A stretch of DNA of 15,807 bases from assembly GCA_033762115.1 (NCBI GenBank), contig JANRLX010000052.1, positions 1 to 15,807 on the forward strand, in the 5' to 3' direction. Each line of letters starts with the position of its first letter. Position 1 is the stretch's first letter. This document shows, one piece after another, positions 15,733-15,807 of this stretch. The notes under the pieces were generated by a model. It was given only the letters and a program-made list of their open reading frames with translations. It did not search any database and was not told the origin of the DNA. A program made the translations under genes and the position numbers. Origin of the DNA: Verrucomicrobiota bacterium (lineage in GTDB: Bacteria; Verrucomicrobiota; Verrucomicrobiia; Limisphaerales; SXQI01).

Positions 15733-15807
15733 TCACGCCGTCGCGCTCATCCTCCGGTACACACTCTTCTTCGGCTCCGTGCGCTTCACCTCAAACCCAT
15801 GCTTCTC
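15733..15807 (-). CDS. 3' end of a gene running in from beyond the window
   Basis: Reads EKHGFEVKRTEPKKSVYRRMSATA* with host-like G-ending codons. EKHGF is only weakly reminiscent of a GNAT motif. Confidence 0.5.
   Translation of the reverse strand, partial: EKHGFEVKRTEPKKSVYRRMSATA

Overview
Bacterial chromosomal window; the gene styles suggest Verrucomicrobiota, which is an inference. From left to right it holds the 3' part of sufS, then a minus-strand flagellar late-gene block (FliT/FlgN-like gene, fliS, flgM, a lipoprotein and a hypothetical) with two sigma28-type promoters. A translationally coupled rhomboid protease and secreted C39-like peptidase follow. Next is a ~6.3 kb compositionally distinct island (~5440-11790) of envelope/stress-type genes: DUF421, an unannotated 54-aa membrane peptide, a secreted tandem OB-fold protein, DUF1622, a NarL-type regulator, a triple PepSY-like protein and a membrane protein. 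Four of the island's upstream regions share GGTAGG-type boxes at near-fixed distances from -10 elements, suggesting a self-contained regulon. After the island come a coupled NtrC-type and REC-LuxR regulator pair, an unannotated 57-aa DUF551-like gene, and a small gene split at an in-phase A-AAA-AAG slippery site whose -1 frame is ATGA-coupled to an Rcp1-like receiver. The window ends with a DUF2335 pseudogene and the 3' end of a minus-strand gene. No rRNA, tRNA, CRISPR array or transposase was recognised.
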